This document shows positions 11,187 to 26,506 of a stretch of DNA of 64,000 nucleotides, piece by piece (position 1 is the stretch's first letter; each line of letters starts with the position of its first letter). The translations under genes and the position numbers were made by a program. Source of the DNA: Plasmodiophora brassicae (taxonomy: Eukaryota); assembly GCA_036867785.1 (NCBI GenBank), contig CP145421.1:744001-808000 (forward strand). Direction: 5' to 3'. A model generated the notes under the pieces. That model was given only the letters and a program-made list of their open reading frames with translations, made no database searches and was not told the origin of the DNA.

Positions 11187-12696
11187 TTACCGGAACGATC
11201 GCTGTAGGGCGTTGACACTGATGTCAGCAATGTGCACCATGGTGGCCGCGTCGATGTCGGCGATCGTCGTCGACCGCATGATGGGAGCGCGCAGCAGGAG
11301 GAACATGCCGACGGCGACGTCGTCGAGGCAGTGCCACCCGAAGAGCATGCACTGGTCCCAGATGAAATCGCTGGCAGCCTTGCTGAGGAACCCGACGAAC
11401 CCGTGCTCCATCCATTTGGCAACGATCGCCGCGGGGTCGACACAGACGGGCAGGCCTTTCGCGCCGCGTCCCGCGCCCTGCGCCCCTTCTGACAGGAACG
11501 ACTTGGTGCAGATTGACGTCATGTGCGCGAGCAGCGTCGGGTCCCGTTTGCCCAGCTCGGCCAGGATCGACACCGCCGACCACTGCATCGGGTTCTCGAT
11601 CTGCTTCTGTGCCGTCAGGCTCGTGAAGTATGCGACCAGCGCCGACGGCGCGGCGCTCGGGAAGGCTTGCATCAGGTTCAAGAGCAGAATCGTGTACCTG
11701 GCGCCGTACTAACCGAACGCCTGTGTTCAGTGCCGTGCCCGACCAGCGCGCCGTGTGCGATCGCAGACCGACCTTGCCTGTGTAGATCTGGAATCGGTTC
11801 AGCACCGCCAGGGCGACCTGCTCCCTGTCCTTGACCATGTCCCACAACGCCGTTGGAATGGCGTCGTTGTCGCGGGCCACGCTGGATAGTATTCGCTCAA
11901 TGAGAACGCTCAGCTGGGAGTGGTCCCTGTCGACGAGCGATCTCTGCACGACGCGTTCGGCGATCTGCGCGTCCAGGTCTGCCGGGTCCACCGTTGACAA
12001 CTGCAAGCGCCAGACGTGCTGGCGAAGCGGGAGACAGAATTGCATTCCGCCGAACTCTCGTAGACGGTACCCCAACTCGGGGTTACGCGTCAGCACGTCG
12101 ATCAGTCCGATAGCGACCACATCGCTAATCGCCATTGCACAGCGCTTGGCCTGAACGCATCGTGATGCAGAGCCAAGCACACACGATTGCATTCGCGCTT
12201 ACTTCGGTGGGGATCGCTTGAAGGACCGTCTGCTGGACAGCTGCCGAATAGGCGGTTCGTGCTGCACCACAAGGCGTTGATTCAGGACTGGCAATCTTGT
12301 CGTTGACCCATTGTGTCAGCTCGTTGCGTAGGCGCTCGAGCAACGCCTGGCGAACGTTGCTTTTCATGAACGGCTCGTCAAGTAGCTCGTGCTGGTAAGG
12401 CACATCAGGTACGTAATCAATAGCGAATCGTTCGCCTGCTAACTGGAGAAGCCCTTGGACGACCTGGTATGTCGTCAACGAGCGTCGTCGTGCGTTGTCT
12501 GCGGGTGCCGTCGTACCTGGGGGCCCTCCGAACGGCGTTCGGCAATGTATTCAGCTAGGAGGTTGGACAGGGTCGTCCGCATCTCAGCCCAGCCGCAGGC
12601 ACTGTACAGTGTCGCTTCCTCGACCGACCGCATCCAGACCGATGCTAATCGGGACGGCTCTGGCGGTGCTGCTGATGGCTGGCTTGCCCCACTCAT
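11187..12696 (-). CDS. Hypothetical protein, possibly with a degenerate TBC (Rab-GAP)-like domain, multi-exon
   Basis: Four consecutive minus-strand ORF pieces separated by intron-sized gaps; PLRQHVWRLQL and FVGFLSKAASDFIWDQCML recall TBC motifs. Confidence 0.5.
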
Positions 12697-12901
12697 GTCG
12701 TTGTCGATGCCTCTTGCATGTGCTACACAGTACTAGTGCCCGGTGCAGCAGCCAGTGACAGGGCATGATGTCACTACATACGACACTGCAGGCTTGTTTA
12801 GCCAAACACTTGCCCCTACTGCACCCTTGGTTCAATATATTACTGTTTATTTCTAGTTCAAGTAGACGTAATTCTATCCTTAGAACTGCTTCAGCAGCGC
12901 G

Positions 12902-15900
12902 TTAGTCGGTCGCAGACTCGTCGTCGGACAGATCCTGAGGCGCAAGGCGGGCCGAGCTTTGCGCAGCAGACGTGGAATCGGCGTCGATCGAGATGCAGTG
13001 CGTGATGGCGTACTGCAACCGCTGGTGGAGTACGTCAACGGTCGAGTAACGAGGCAGCTCGATGGAGAAGAAGCACGTGTGGGAGATCGGCAGGTACTTG
13101 TCGGGGTCCTGCCGGGCTTTCGGCATGTTGGAGATCTTGAATTTGCAGTCGAACTCGCTGGCAGTCAAGGGAAGCCTGGACCGCCCCCAAACGAATTTCA
13201 GGAAATTGCTACGCTCCATGTCGTCGAACCTGACAACCGCAGCACCATCAGTTTCCCAACCCAAACACCGATCGCGCGACACGTCAGTATCGACCTGTTG
13301 AACATGACCTCCCAAAAGGCAACAATGTGCGGATCGGTTGGAGAGCACCATTCGTACGTGGTCATGGATTTCAGCAGGTCGAGGTTCATCGTAGGGCGTC
13401 CGCAGACTTGCAACTCCAGTTCGGACCAGGTAAACAGAGACAGCATCGGGTACGGTACGATGGAGCTGAGGCCACGAAGCATGGCCTCGCAATGCACTTT
13501 GAACTCGTCAACCCTGAACGCGTACAGAGCATCCACGAACTCGTGGCGATTATCCCACGTGACTGGAATCTCCGATCCACCAGGAACGAGATCAACCTAT
13601 ACCGTTGAACGGGGTCAGTGCGTACTAGGCGTTCAAACGGAGAGACGTACCTCCTCCCCGTCACTACCAGTAACAGAGAACGACATCGACAGGATGTCCT
13701 CGAACGCATCTGGGGCGATATTGGGATCCGTTTCCATTCGACGAATGTTGGACACAATGCGAAACGCCACGGCATCAATGGCAAGGACATCCTGTTCTGT
13801 AATCCTCTCGCCGACCAGGACTTTCCATCTGTGCGAATATGTCAATACCGCGCTGCGAACCACCGCCCGGGTTGGACAATTACATGATTGAAGGGAAGTC
13901 AAGGTTCAGCAGGTTGCGACTGCGGATGGCAATGCCCAGCAATTTGCCCACGAATTCAAACATCGAAACGTGCAGGGGCTCGGTCGATGACGTCCTGGGA
14001 ACAAACTTATCTTGATTAATGCCAATCTTGGAGCGCTTGTTGGGACAGGGCACGAAGAGTGGAAGCACGGACGATTGGAGCTCCTGGCACATCATGTCGA
14101 GACAGGTCCGGTAAGGACCGCCGTAATCGTCTGAGAATTCGCCTTGAAACACGACCTGCCCCACCAGGTCGGTCAGCAGCGTTCGCAAAGCATGCTCGCG
14201 TGCGTTACCTTCCACGCGCGCTCCTCGCGCCGCAAACGAAGCGAAGCAACAGGCAGATGGTGGACCTGGTGGAAGACTTGCCCGAAACAGGTCCGATTCC
14301 CTTTCACGTCCACCTTGTTCTTGTCCCGGAATGCAGCCGCCTGGAACCGGTCAATTTGGAGACGAATATCGCGCGACATTCCAACAGATTGTCCATCGGA
14401 TGCGGTTCGTATGAGGACTTCGTGCCACAGGCAGCTCTTTGTCGACGAAAAGATCAAACCACGAGCCTCGCGGATCATCGCTGCTAAACGCGATTCCTGG
14501 TCCGATCGGGCCAGGTTGACCAAGGGGAGAATGCCGGCGATGAGAGAATTGAAATGGGACAGTACCGCTAATCTAAGGCGCAGAACGCGGTGGGCCATCA
14601 CTCGTATGCGTTCGTAAGGAGCCAGCTGCACAGGAATTAGCTCTAGTTCAGCCTGCAGAACGCTCAGTTCGCCTGTAGACGATCAGGAGGCAAATCGCAC
14701 GTACGATGGTGACAGGTTTCGACGCATGCATCTGAATGCGTTCGAAACAATCAATGAGTTCACGGTCAGATTCGATATCGAAGTGCTGGCCGTTCTCAAT
14801 CAGCATCTGTTCAATGCCGACAACGCCTGCCATATCCGGCCATGCGCTCACCATCTGGACAACGCCTTTGAGGAATAAGGTCGGCCATGCTCGTCTGGGC
14901 TGAGATGGATCCCAAAGCACAATTTCTAGGAAGCGTTGCAATTCAATGAAATGGGTATACCACAGTGGCGTGTCCGTGTCGGTGCAAGAGCTCGCGCCGT
15001 CTTCGGAGAGGTAATACCGTTCATCAATGGAACATACAAGCTCCAGGAGCGCCTGGAAGAATTCGGAGAACAGCTTATTGTCTTTCGAACGTTCGTACAG
15101 GACAAACATATGGGATCGGAGGATAGTCGTCTTATTGTCGCAGAATGCCACACCGCTCCGAATCAGATAAGAAAGAATGATCAGGAACTCGAGCCTATGT
15201 CGGGAATTCGAGATGACGACCATTTGGAAAGTGAGGTTGATAATAGGCGGACAGAGAAGCCGGCGGGTGACGAAGTCTAATGCCATATGATTGCCTTCCG
15301 CAGAACGGTGAATTCGGACGAAGATGTTCAGAATCCAAAGGCTGATCTCAGCATTGGGTTTGCTCAGGGCATTGAGTTCAGTGTCAATAGTAGTATCCGG
15401 GCGCATGCTCATGCCAACCATATGGACTAAGCATTCATGAACAAGAAATTTCGCCAATGGGGTATCAACAGGGCCATCCCCGCCAAGTGACTTCGTTTTC
15501 GTCCATTGTGTAAGCTCATGCGATAGGCTTTGCATAACAAGATCGCGCAAGATGTCAAGCGCGCCAGGCAAGCGATCGAAAGCGATCAAGCGTAAGAATC
15601 GTGATAGGAACTGGAAGCCGCCAACACAGCCAAAGTCGAACACCTCATCGCTGTCTTGTTCATTCCAATGCTTGATGAGAGCCAAGAGAGCTCGACGCGC
15701 GAAAACTATGGTCAGCTGCTGATTGAGCTTAATGACGTCCGTCACGATATGAGCCGGAGAGGTGACATCGATCCGAGGAACAACCTGCCGAGCCGGAATG
15801 TTGTCTGGCCGTGCAGAAGCGAAGAGGGGTCTGCTAGCATCCCCACTGGATGAATCAAGAATGCGATACGCCGGGTTCTCAGTAACCGAGGAGTCATCAT

Positions 15901-18900
15901 CTTTGGCTCTAAACTGGAGATCTCCAACTACAGTTTCGCTGTGACGATCACTGGCGAATTGGACATCTATCATTCCATCATTGTCGAGACGATCGACAAG
16001 CCAACTCAGAGCCCGAACGTAATCTCCATCGTTGGTGAGAAGGGCTTCGCGACAAAGTTGGACAGGAAATCCAGTGTTGTGAAGGCATCGGGCCTCTTCG
16101 TCCAGCTTTGCCAGAGCATCTTCCTTAACGAGCTCCTCCTTGTGCGTTAGGATCCAGTGGCATGCCAAATATCGATTCATATTGCAGCGACGCATGGCCC
16201 GAAGAACCCAGGACGGAGGGAATCCCATCTGTTGCAACGACGTGGATGAACTGGCAATCATCGCATTGCTGATTGGCGAATCGCAAGCGCGACCTGTATA
16301 CAGTTGAAGTAAGCACAGTGCGGTCAAAAATCAGAAACGATACTAACCAAGATCCAGCACATCTCGAGCCGACAATGCCGTGCGGTATAGCTGCATGCAC
16401 CGGAGCGACATTGGAGACGCATCGCATTGTTGACCATCGGCGGCAGCAGGAAGAATCATCAACCCGAGCTCGAACGCCAATTCCTCTTGATTGCTGAAAA
16501 CGCAAACTTGACGTCCGTCAACGTAAATCGTGACGTTATTATTCACTGAGCCGTCAACGACAATGGAGACACGATGCCAAGATTCGCGATCGATAGGCAT
16601 CACATCAGACCGACCAGAGGTGGATATAAAAGTACCGTCAGATGCCCAGATAACCTGTGGCACAGGAAGCTCCGCTGTGGCAAGCATGGGTGCACTTAAA
16701 TGGGCTGAGTGGACCCTAACATCAAGAACGAGAGTATACGACTTGATGGTGAAACCTTTCCATGGACTTCGCCAAAGGATTGAAGCCCCCGGGGATACCA
16801 CTACTTCAGAAATGTTTTCTGCGCCCTATAGTGCAAGTCAGTATGGCAATTAGGCCAACTAGAACGTGATGTGGACTACCTCGGACGCTTTCCGGATGTC
16901 CCCCACAAACTCCAGGTTATCGATCGCCATTTGCAACTCGGAGAAATCCTCGAAGTTGACCATGGACCAGTTCTGTCTTCTCATTTCGTCAAGCTGGGTA
17001 TCAGAGACAACGAACCCCAGTCCAGCTGTGACAGCGGCAGCGACCTACATACTTGCATTAAACTTTAATTTCCCCAGATCAGCTGACATGGCAAACCTGT
17101 TCCTCGTTTAAGGGGACATCCCAAAGAGCAACATCACGCATCGTCCCTGCAATCGGCCCTACGAGGATCTGCAGCGGCTGTACCCCTGAGATAACCGAAG
17201 AGTCAACCGTCGCGATGACTAAGCCGTCGAAATAAAGATCGAGGCAGGGCTGCGAATCCTTCCTCGACCCAATCACCGTGAAGGTATGCCATTCTCCATC
17301 ATCAGCTGCGACAGCAACTTCATTGGACCAAGACTCTGACGAAGATATTGATATAGTCAGCTTTGTGCGATAATGAACAGAAATCTGCACAGCATGTAGG
17401 TTAATAATGTGTCGGCAACTTCAGATGGATGTACCTGGAAGACAGCGTTTGATGAAAGAAGTGTAAAAAGTGAGCTATCTCTCGTTCCATCGAAATGACA
17501 CGCAGTTGACAGGCTGAAGTTGGACAAGTCGATGTTCTCTTTTTCGACATCTAACTGAAGTTGCTTTTCCGAAGCCTCACTGGAATCGCTAAGACGCGCA
17601 GCACAAGTTGGGACAGCATCTACTAACGCATGAGACATGGGTTAAGCAACCGGACTGTCAGCGTGCATACCAATGAAGCGCGCCGCCCTTCCTAGGCTAA
17701 AGTCTCTTACACAGCCATTCTTCAGGAAATAGTTATCGGCATCGCCAGAAAAGTGAAGTCGCAAAGGGTACCTGTACACACGTCAGTATTCCAGCATGCA
17801 CCGAAATGAAATGGATCGTACAGAGGGAGTGGTGCGAAGCCATTAAGCTGGATTAGAGGTTTCGAAGGGACACTGCGAGGTATCTGTGAAGTCAGAAGAA
17901 ACGTGCACTTGTCTCCTGTCGCCACAGTGCCGATCACATGAGTTGACGGAATGTTCCGAATCTGCTGAGGTTCAAGAACCTGATACAGAAAATGAGAAAG
18001 TAGGGCACATCTTATACAACACTCCTAGGTTTACACTAGAGCCCCCTTCTGCACCCAGATGAGGTCCCCCTGACCCGAATCCGAAAACGTGTCCTCTTGC
18101 CGTAACCACAACAGTGTGGTCTTGGCCTCCATCGACCCATACACACTTTTCACCGCTCAAGGTGCCACCGACCAAAGACGGAACGTTTGCTGGAGACGTG
18201 GACCCATGTCCAAGCATGCCCTGTGTTCCAGAGCCCCAAGTGTAGAGCTGTCGAGCGATTAGCCAACATCACGGAAACAAAGGAATTTCTAACCTTTCCT
18301 TCGTTGGTAATCGCCATTGAATGATCCCATCCCGCAGCAATGTGCACGACAACCTTGCCAGTCATTGCCTGAACTTCTCGAGGAAACAATTCTTTGTCGT
18401 TGCTACCATGTCCACAAACGGGACGGTTGCCCTCGTAACCTGCTCCCCAAGTATACCTACGGATAACCTACGTTAACACAGTAGATATGCCCATTAGCAG
18501 AGTGGACCGTACAAGGTGCCTTCAGCGGTGACAGCCATGGAATGTTCCCAGCCCCCAGCAATCAGAACAAAGCTCAACGGTTCAGCGTTCTTGACCAACT
18601 TAGGGAACATCAATTTTTGCGTTGTGCCATGCCCCAGCTGACCAAACACGTTCTTCCCCCAAGAGTACCTAAGTATATGCTTAAGTTACAATGTCTGGAT
18701 ATAACGACGACGCATTATACAGTGATCCTGAGTTCGTAATTGCAAGGACATGTGACCCGCCGGCGCATATACGGACAACTACTTTTCCCTCAAGATCGCC
18801 CTTAACTTTGACAGGGACCAGCTGAGATGTTGCCGCGCCGACGCCAATCTATATGCAACGTGAAATGTTGTCAGCATTGGATAATGTCACAACAAGATTC

Positions 18901-21900
18901 TATGTACCTGTCCATTTGCATTGCTGCCGAATGCCCATATAGCGCCTTCGTCAGTCAGAACAGCCGAAAAATTCAGTCCAGCGGACACCTTCGTCAGAAA
19001 ACCATCTTAGCGACCCCTATCGATAAAGAAATACGAAGAACTATTACCTGAATGCACCGAATGCCTTCCAAAGCTTTGACTGCTCTCGGACTGTTTTCCA
19101 GAGCAGTGCTGCCATGGCCTAATCGACCATCGTCGCCCTGACGGAAGTGAGGTGAGATATCACCCAGGTACCGAGGCTCAATGCGTACTTTGCCCCATGT
19201 GTATGGCACTCCGACATTACATAATGCAACGACGTGCGACGAAAAGCACGATATACTGACGATGGCGCAATGCGTCGACCCGAAACCTGGAATTACCGTC
19301 GGTTGTGCCACTTGAGAGGTATTCCCGAATCCAAGACGTCCATTGTCCCCTTTCCCGAAAGCGAGCACGTGACACCCAGGTGAAGATAGTGTCCTGCGGT
19401 ACGTCACTTATGAATCAGAAAGGAGGCAAATAATGAACGCACCTGAACTTGGATGCGCCGCGACCAGTTGCAGATGGTCTCTGCACTTTTGAAGATTCTG
19501 TAGGAACTTCTGGGGGCGGGTGACGTGAAGTCAGGAACTCTTCGGGAATGGATTGTTGCATTAGGCACAGCAATCGTGTTTCAAGGTTTTCAACTCTTAT
19601 TGGAGTTTTAACGGTAGACGCGGAAAAGGCGGTAGTAACGATGGGCTCTAGAGCTGAGGCTACAGCAACATCCACATGTTAGGTGTTATTGGGAGAAGTG
19701 AGGCGACATGCAAACCTCTTAATAATGATGCCAACGCTTCGGAGCATTCTAAACCCTTCTCCAGCACTCGAGCGGCCATGCGTTTGATCTGGACATCTGG
19801 TAAGCAGCGATCAACTGTAACCATACGAGACGTACATGTCCTCGTAGCATGCAACGAGAGTACGAATCCGAGTCGACGGTCAAGGTAAACAGTTTCGCAA
19901 CGAGAACAGCGACATCTGGAATTGTAGAGAAGCATTCTGGAAGAATGTCCACTTCCGAGAGTTGTTGGACCTCAAGACCATTCGCATTCGCTAAGCTTTT
20001 GCACTCGACCGCTCCGCTGATGTGTTTTCCACCCTCGATGCAGAGAAGAAATGGGGACTCAGTAAACGAAATGATGACACCTTCTTCGTGCTTGCCCGAA
20101 TGCCGAAACGAGATACGAGCGCCTTCACGGAATGGCTCGATCCATGCACCGAGAACGGCAAGTGCCCCGAGCGCCAACACGAAACGATTGACAAGCTCCT
20201 CATTACAAGATTGTCCAGAAAAGGGTTCAACAAGGGCATCAAAGTGAACTGGTGTAAGGTCCCCAATGGCAGACCGAATCGCATCTCTGACGGGCTCAAA
20301 CCAGAGGTCATCCAGCCAAAGAATACGAATGAGAGCAACCATTTCGCTGGATGTCCATTGTGACTCAAGCGTCGCTGCCATTGTCGAGCCCATACATGAT
20401 CGACCAATACATTCAATACAATGCCGCAAGAATTCAGTGTTCGAAGTTCCAACTCTTGTCAAGAGATCGGCAGTCGGTGCGACGACTGGCAGGACAGACC
20501 TGCAAATGCGCAGGGCAAGAGTCCTGCCTATAACGTTCTGGTCGTCACTGGTGGCTATGCGGATGATGGTTTGCATCCAGTCTGCCGTACAGATTGCCCG
20601 CTGGAATGTAGAGCTGGAACTACACCTGGCCAGGACCCATAGGAACTGGTTAATGCAAAGGTCGACCTCCCCGATAGCAGTGGCACGTTTTCTACGACGT
20701 CGTTTGCCATGTTCTCCAAGGTCCCCATAGTCAAGGGCGTACCACGCAGTGCTTGACTTTGCAAGAAGAACCTGTCCGTGCAGAAGTCAGACAATATCTC
20801 GGCACAATAAGAGGTTAGGGCGCACCTTTGCAGAACGTTCATCCCAATCTTCGGCTTGCCTCACCGAACCACGAGGTGGAACAATCGTGATCCGCGCATT
20901 AGACGCGGCAACCGCGCATGCCATTGGACCGCAAATGCCAGTGTATGCGATTCCTTGCGACACACCATTTTTCCAGAACGCGACAGACCCAGATTTCGCA
21001 GAATAGCAAATGGTAATGATATCCCCCATGCCAAACGGCTCGCCGTACTCCTCCATACATCCTCCAGTAACCTTTGATCCGCTTCCAGCATCGTAACTCC
21101 ACCCAGCGCTCATCATTCGATTGGGTGACATGCCAGGTGAGCTGATGGACCTCAGGGGAAGGAGACCAACGATGAGGTCTGATAGAGCAGATGGGCCAGA
21201 CTCGATGCTTATAGAGATAGCGTCAACTACTTCTTCGCCGGTCCATGCAATATCCAGGCAAGAAAATTCGACGCCGGACGGCTCGGCGGGATTGATTCCA
21301 CTGAATTCAGCAGATGAATTCGAAGTAGCCTCCCAGTAATGAAAGCGGGCACCGGAATGCTTGTCGGAACCCTCGGGCGCCAAAGCCTGCTCTTTCTCCG
21401 TCTTCCGAGAAGCAGCCCTCTTTTGACCCGTCGACAATTCGGCACCCTGATCAGTTGATGGCAAGTGGACAGCTTTAGCTTCGCATACACAGCACTTTGT
21501 CTCTGTTGCAGCATTCAGGTACGTGCATTGTTTGCACGCCCATGCAGTCGATTGTGGCTGTGCCTGGTTACGGGGAGTTGTACAGACAGCGCAAGTTTTC
21601 GATTCGGGATCATTCAAGAATGTGCAGGCTTTACAGCTCCACTGGGAAAGAAGCATCAGTGCCTCCATCTCGCGCGCCAGTTCGGCAGCCTTTGCCGCTT
21701 CTGCCTCCATGGCAACAATGTCGGCGCGTTGGTCTTGTAAGTCGTGAATCTGCTCGAAAACAACGAGCAGAATGTCGTTCAGCAACGAGTGCGCCAGTTC
21801 AGAGTTCCCGTCAGAACCGAGGACTGAGCAACGAGCAATCGAGTACAATATCAGTCGAAACAGGCACCATGCTGCATAACGGGTTTTCCATTGCCAATCC

Positions 21901-24900
21901 CCGCAGTCGAATTTGAGGACTGGTTTAAGCAGTCGGACAACGCCGGTCCTGTACAGCTGCTCAACATCGACGTTACCGAACTCGAATGTCAGCAAGTTGA
22001 GGCAAAGCAAGAGTTCACTCTCTTCCATTGGCGTCCTAGCCAATGACGCAACAAGTGAATAATAGGATCTCAGTAGTTTCTCACGCAAGGTCTTTCCAGC
22101 GGAAGCTGTTCCTGACAGGAGGTGAAATCTCGAAACAGTTCCTTCACCAGACCGAGATGTTTCTGGAGGAGCAGAAACTGATTGTCGATGAACCGCTTGT
22201 CCAACATTTTTGAGAATGTCGATGCGCATATCATGATCCGAAACAGCACGAAGCAGCTCAAATATAACATTTACGGTATGCAACCGAAGTGCCGCCACTG
22301 ATCGTTGAGCAACGATGGAACGATTTAACGACGGCACATCCACGCTGGGGTCCTGAATGAAGTGCAATATTTGCCTACTAACGTAAGCGTCGTGGTCCTT
22401 ACTGATACCCCCGCAAGTGTTGATAGTGTCAGCGTACTCGGCCATAATCGGCTTCGATGCCATCGAGTGGCAGTCATTCTTCAGCAACCTCATCGCTCGC
22501 AAAGTGTTTCGAACAGTATTGCGTGATCTCGAATTGCCACGAAGCAAGACTGGAAGCTGATACGATACTGATCCCGAACTTTGCCGAGTCAAACTGAGAG
22601 GTTCCAGGGACGCAGTTGCGGCAATCCCACGAAGAAACCGTGTCCGTTCCAGTATGGGCTGGACAATAAGTTCGCGTTCGTATCCCTAAAAGCAGTACAT
22701 ATTACACTTAAGAAAATATTCTTTTGATACCGCATACCTGTCCAAATCGAGTGGCCACAAACGATTCGATTTCAGATGCTTTACGCCATAAGCGAAGCAA
22801 TGTGTCATCCGGGCGCTGTGACGAATCCTCAAAGACACAAAGGAGGGCCTGCCATGTACAAACGTCAAAATGGCGCAGGAAATCCAGCTACCTACATTGA
22901 CGCACCTGATCTATTCTTGACGCGTGCTTGACCATTACAGCGAATACTGCTCGAGTTGCCCGTTCGGCGTGTGCTTTGATGCTTGGCGGAAGAGGGAACG
23001 TACATCGCGCAAAAGAGCTCAGCTTGCTAATCAGCTTTGCACCGCGCCCCGAGTTATCAGTTATCTCATTTAAGAAATCTTCATCTTCGTCCTGGAAGCC
23101 CCAGATGATCAGCGAAAACAATACGCGAAACCAAGCTAACGAACCTCCGAACGGTGCCTGAAGCAAGACGGTGGTAACCCGATGCCAGCACTTGCAGTAA
23201 AGGGGCAGAGTTCTCGCGCAAAAGGATTGGTAGGTTCAAAGCTCCCACTCAGTAAACTCGATTCAAGCCACGCATTGTCGACAGCCTGAATGAAAGCAGA
23301 ACGTGCCGTCAGTATTGGTAACGGACAGAAAATGTGCAGAACGAACCCGTTCTTCCGAACTTCCAGACCTGTTCAGCATCAGACTTGCAAAGTCGCCGGA
23401 CAACCATGAAATTGTACGTGCAAGGTCATGCACCCATGAAAACGCCCGAGATACGAATTGCCCCGATACCTAATGGTTCTTGTTTAGATTAACCACAGCA
23501 GCACGTAACTGCACTAGTTTACCTGGATCCGGAATCCCCAAGCACCATCGGCGTTCTTAGATGCCGCGCGAAAGACACAAGATAAACTAGAGGCCCTGAT
23601 GGCCAACTCTTGCCCGTTCAGAGCCCACTGTTGTCCGCTGAACCGCGCGACACGTGTTTTATCCGGTCCTTCACCTGCGTAGATTTCAAGAATATCATTC
23701 CCTCCCGCTGTCGAGCACCGAGGGTCAAGCGTAATAACAAGCTGGTCGCTTCTGTGGAAATGTTAGGACCTCTGCGCTAGTATAAACTTGTAGAAATTAC
23801 CTTTCCATCGATACTACATGAACAGAAGAGCAACCTCCGACATATGGATGACCGCTTTCAATGACTTGGACCTGCGATCGTTTCACAGGCTTGCACTTCA
23901 GCAGAAGGACCAGCTTTCGCAGCTCAGAAATTGATTGGATTAGCGCAGTTAGAGGTTTGACGAGAAACGGTGATAATTCGGCACGGTCCTCTGACTGAAA
24001 TGATGCCAATGCATTCAGCAGCGGAGCTAACAACGTTGTCAAACATGAATGCTTCAATGGCACTTCTAGGCTAGACAGGCTCGCAACGTTTGACGTTTGG
24101 GCATGTGTCACGCAGAAATTAACCTGAACGTCATGAGTTAGAACGCGATTCACGTAGAATGTGATCAACAGCACCACACCATCATACACGCCGCATCGAT
24201 GATTATGCGACAATACCGTGCGAGGTTTGAGACAACGATCGTCATCCTTTCACGGTCGCCAACGTTGCGTAGGAAGTCCAACAGGGAGGCTACTTGGGAG
24301 AGGAACGGTGCAAGCAGACATTTTGCTTGACACAGACTCGATTGACTGATATCTGAAGCTCTGGAAACAAGACCAAGTTCCCCGGATGGGTCGGAGGTAC
24401 TCATCCTATTGGTCCCGATGACATCCTCCAGGTTTTGTTGACATTCTCTTATAGCGTCGCTAGTGAGGACGGTCACGAGTTCAAACAACGCCAATTCATC
24501 ATCAAGTTTGCTTTCGGGAAAGCAACCATGGAGTCTAGCAAAGAGAGAGAAAACGGGACCAGGTTGCGTTAACCTGGCTTGGAGTAACTGAAGCAACTTT
24601 TGTTCGACATGGGTGAGATTTGGCAAAGAAGAGCCCTGCTGCCTCAATAAGAGGCTAGTTACAAAATGCGCTTGCTCATGGAATGATGGAAAGAACACCT
24701 CGAAACCGTAAGCTATGGTTACAAGACCCTCCCTTTGGACCATGTCTGAAACACCTCCTGATGGGCCGGCTTCGCTGGTAGAACACCGGTGCCCAGCCAA
24801 ACCGAAAAGGAGATCCCAGCATTCGTTTGCGGTTGTCGACGAAGCACCAAAGCATGTAAAATCCATCGAGCATAGAGCCATTGTGCGGATGTGGGCTTTA

Positions 24901-26309
24901 AGAACAAGAAGAGCGCTTAACAGGATGTCAACGCTACCTGCTTCGCCAGAGTTCACCGCTAAACCTGCTGATCGGACAATGGTAACGAGATCGGTAAGGG
25001 CGCGCTCAGATACCTCGATGGCCAAAGGGTGATCAATCCTGGTTAACCCGTCCCAGCCGGTGTTGCCAACATTGACAATGTCGTCGTCGGGACTGAGGGA
25101 TATCGCCCGTTGTTTCATATGAACAAGTAACAGAAGAGCAATCTGCTTGGGCTCTGGCATGCTCAGCAGGACCAAGCGAAGGTGCTTGTCAACGTTCACA
25201 AACATACGATCTGATGGATCGACATTAGAGACCTTTGTGATGCCGGACGCCGCCGACTGCTTCGAGGCTTCAGCGAGGGATGGCGGATTCTGCTCGAAGT
25301 TACCAGTGGGATACACACTCGCTGCAGTCGCTTCCCTTCTGGAGTCGCCTTCATGTTCAGCTGGACTATCAAGGGGTTTCTCCAATGCGTTCGAGTCGGA
25401 GCCTGGATGAGAAATTTGAGCCGTAGCGAGACCTTTGTACGTAGCGAGCTCATGGACGAGATTGACGAAGTCCTCATTCCAAAGAGACAATTCGGGATCC
25501 AAGGACAGAAGAGCAATAACCCCATGCAGAAGCCCTTGTGCAGACCCTCGCAGCACACTAAGCTTAAGCGTGAGATAAATTGCAAGCGAGCGCTCTTGAC
25601 CAGAGCTCTTCTCGTCGTAAATGATGCGGTCAAGAAATTCAACGATGGGCGTAAGCCATACAGGCGCTAGTGAACACTTCGGTTCGTCCGGACCTTCACT
25701 AGACGCCAGCTCTAGCGCTGGTACATCCTTCAACAGATCGCGAAACATCATCAGGACCTCGATTAAGACAGTCGGCTCATTGTTCTTCACCGACTCAACA
25801 AGGGTGACAATGAGCGATATGGCATAGCGAATACCGAGCCTCTTTGCCTGAGAATGAGACATTGGAGCGAATGAGCTGGATGGCTGGCTGACCTCATCAG
25901 CCTGTTCAGAACGGCAGCGTAGCTGGGCGAGTCGCATGGCTTCAGCCCTTGCTTCGCACGCACGTGCGCCTCGCCGAACAAGAGCGGCATGAACTTCTCG
26001 AATGACATACATACGACGGTGAAGGTCAATTGCGAATTTGTCGAGACCAACGCCGTCGACGAGCAGGGCAATGTCAGACATGAGCCCGTGAAGCAGGTCA
26101 TCGGACCTCTCAAGCGCGGCGAACGGCGCGAACGCCTCGGTGAAACATTCCGCCCGAACCTCGAATTCAGCCCGCGTCGGATGCACATATTCGCGGCCGA
26201 CCGCTCGCAGCGTCCGCTCCAGCAGCGGATTCTGCCAGTCGACCTGGCTCAGGCACGCCACGATCGCCTGATCCTCGTCATCTGAGCGCGCCGACTGGCC
26301 GGCGCCCAT
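12902..26309 (-). CDS. Giant HERC-like HECT E3 ubiquitin ligase (2x RanBP2-type Zn finger, SPRY, RCC1 repeats, LamG-like, UBA, HECT), many exons
   Basis: HECT: GEFSDDYGGPYR, FEFVGKLLGIAIR, FLKFVWGRSRLP, LPISHTCFFSIELPRY. RCC1: FGKGDNGRLGFG, GDDGRLGHG, IAAGWDHS. ZnF: WSCKACTFLN...CAVC and WACKQCTYLN...CCVC. SPRY: YGEPFGMGDIITI...FWKNGVSQGIAY. UBA: LQQMGFPPSWVLRAM. Start MGAGQS. Confidence 0.9.
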
Positions 26310-26506
26310 GACGTGAGCGTTCGCCCGGCCCCGGCAAGCAAATTTCCACGATCGCCCCAACCACTTTCGCAAAGGCGGCAGACCACAGAACGTGGTACGT
26401 TACGATACGATGGCGAGGAAGAATCCAAAAATGGTGCCGGGAAGCTCTCCGAGCCGACCATTTTGCTGCGTACGGCCCGACCCGGTCGAGCTGCTGCAGT
26501 TCATTG

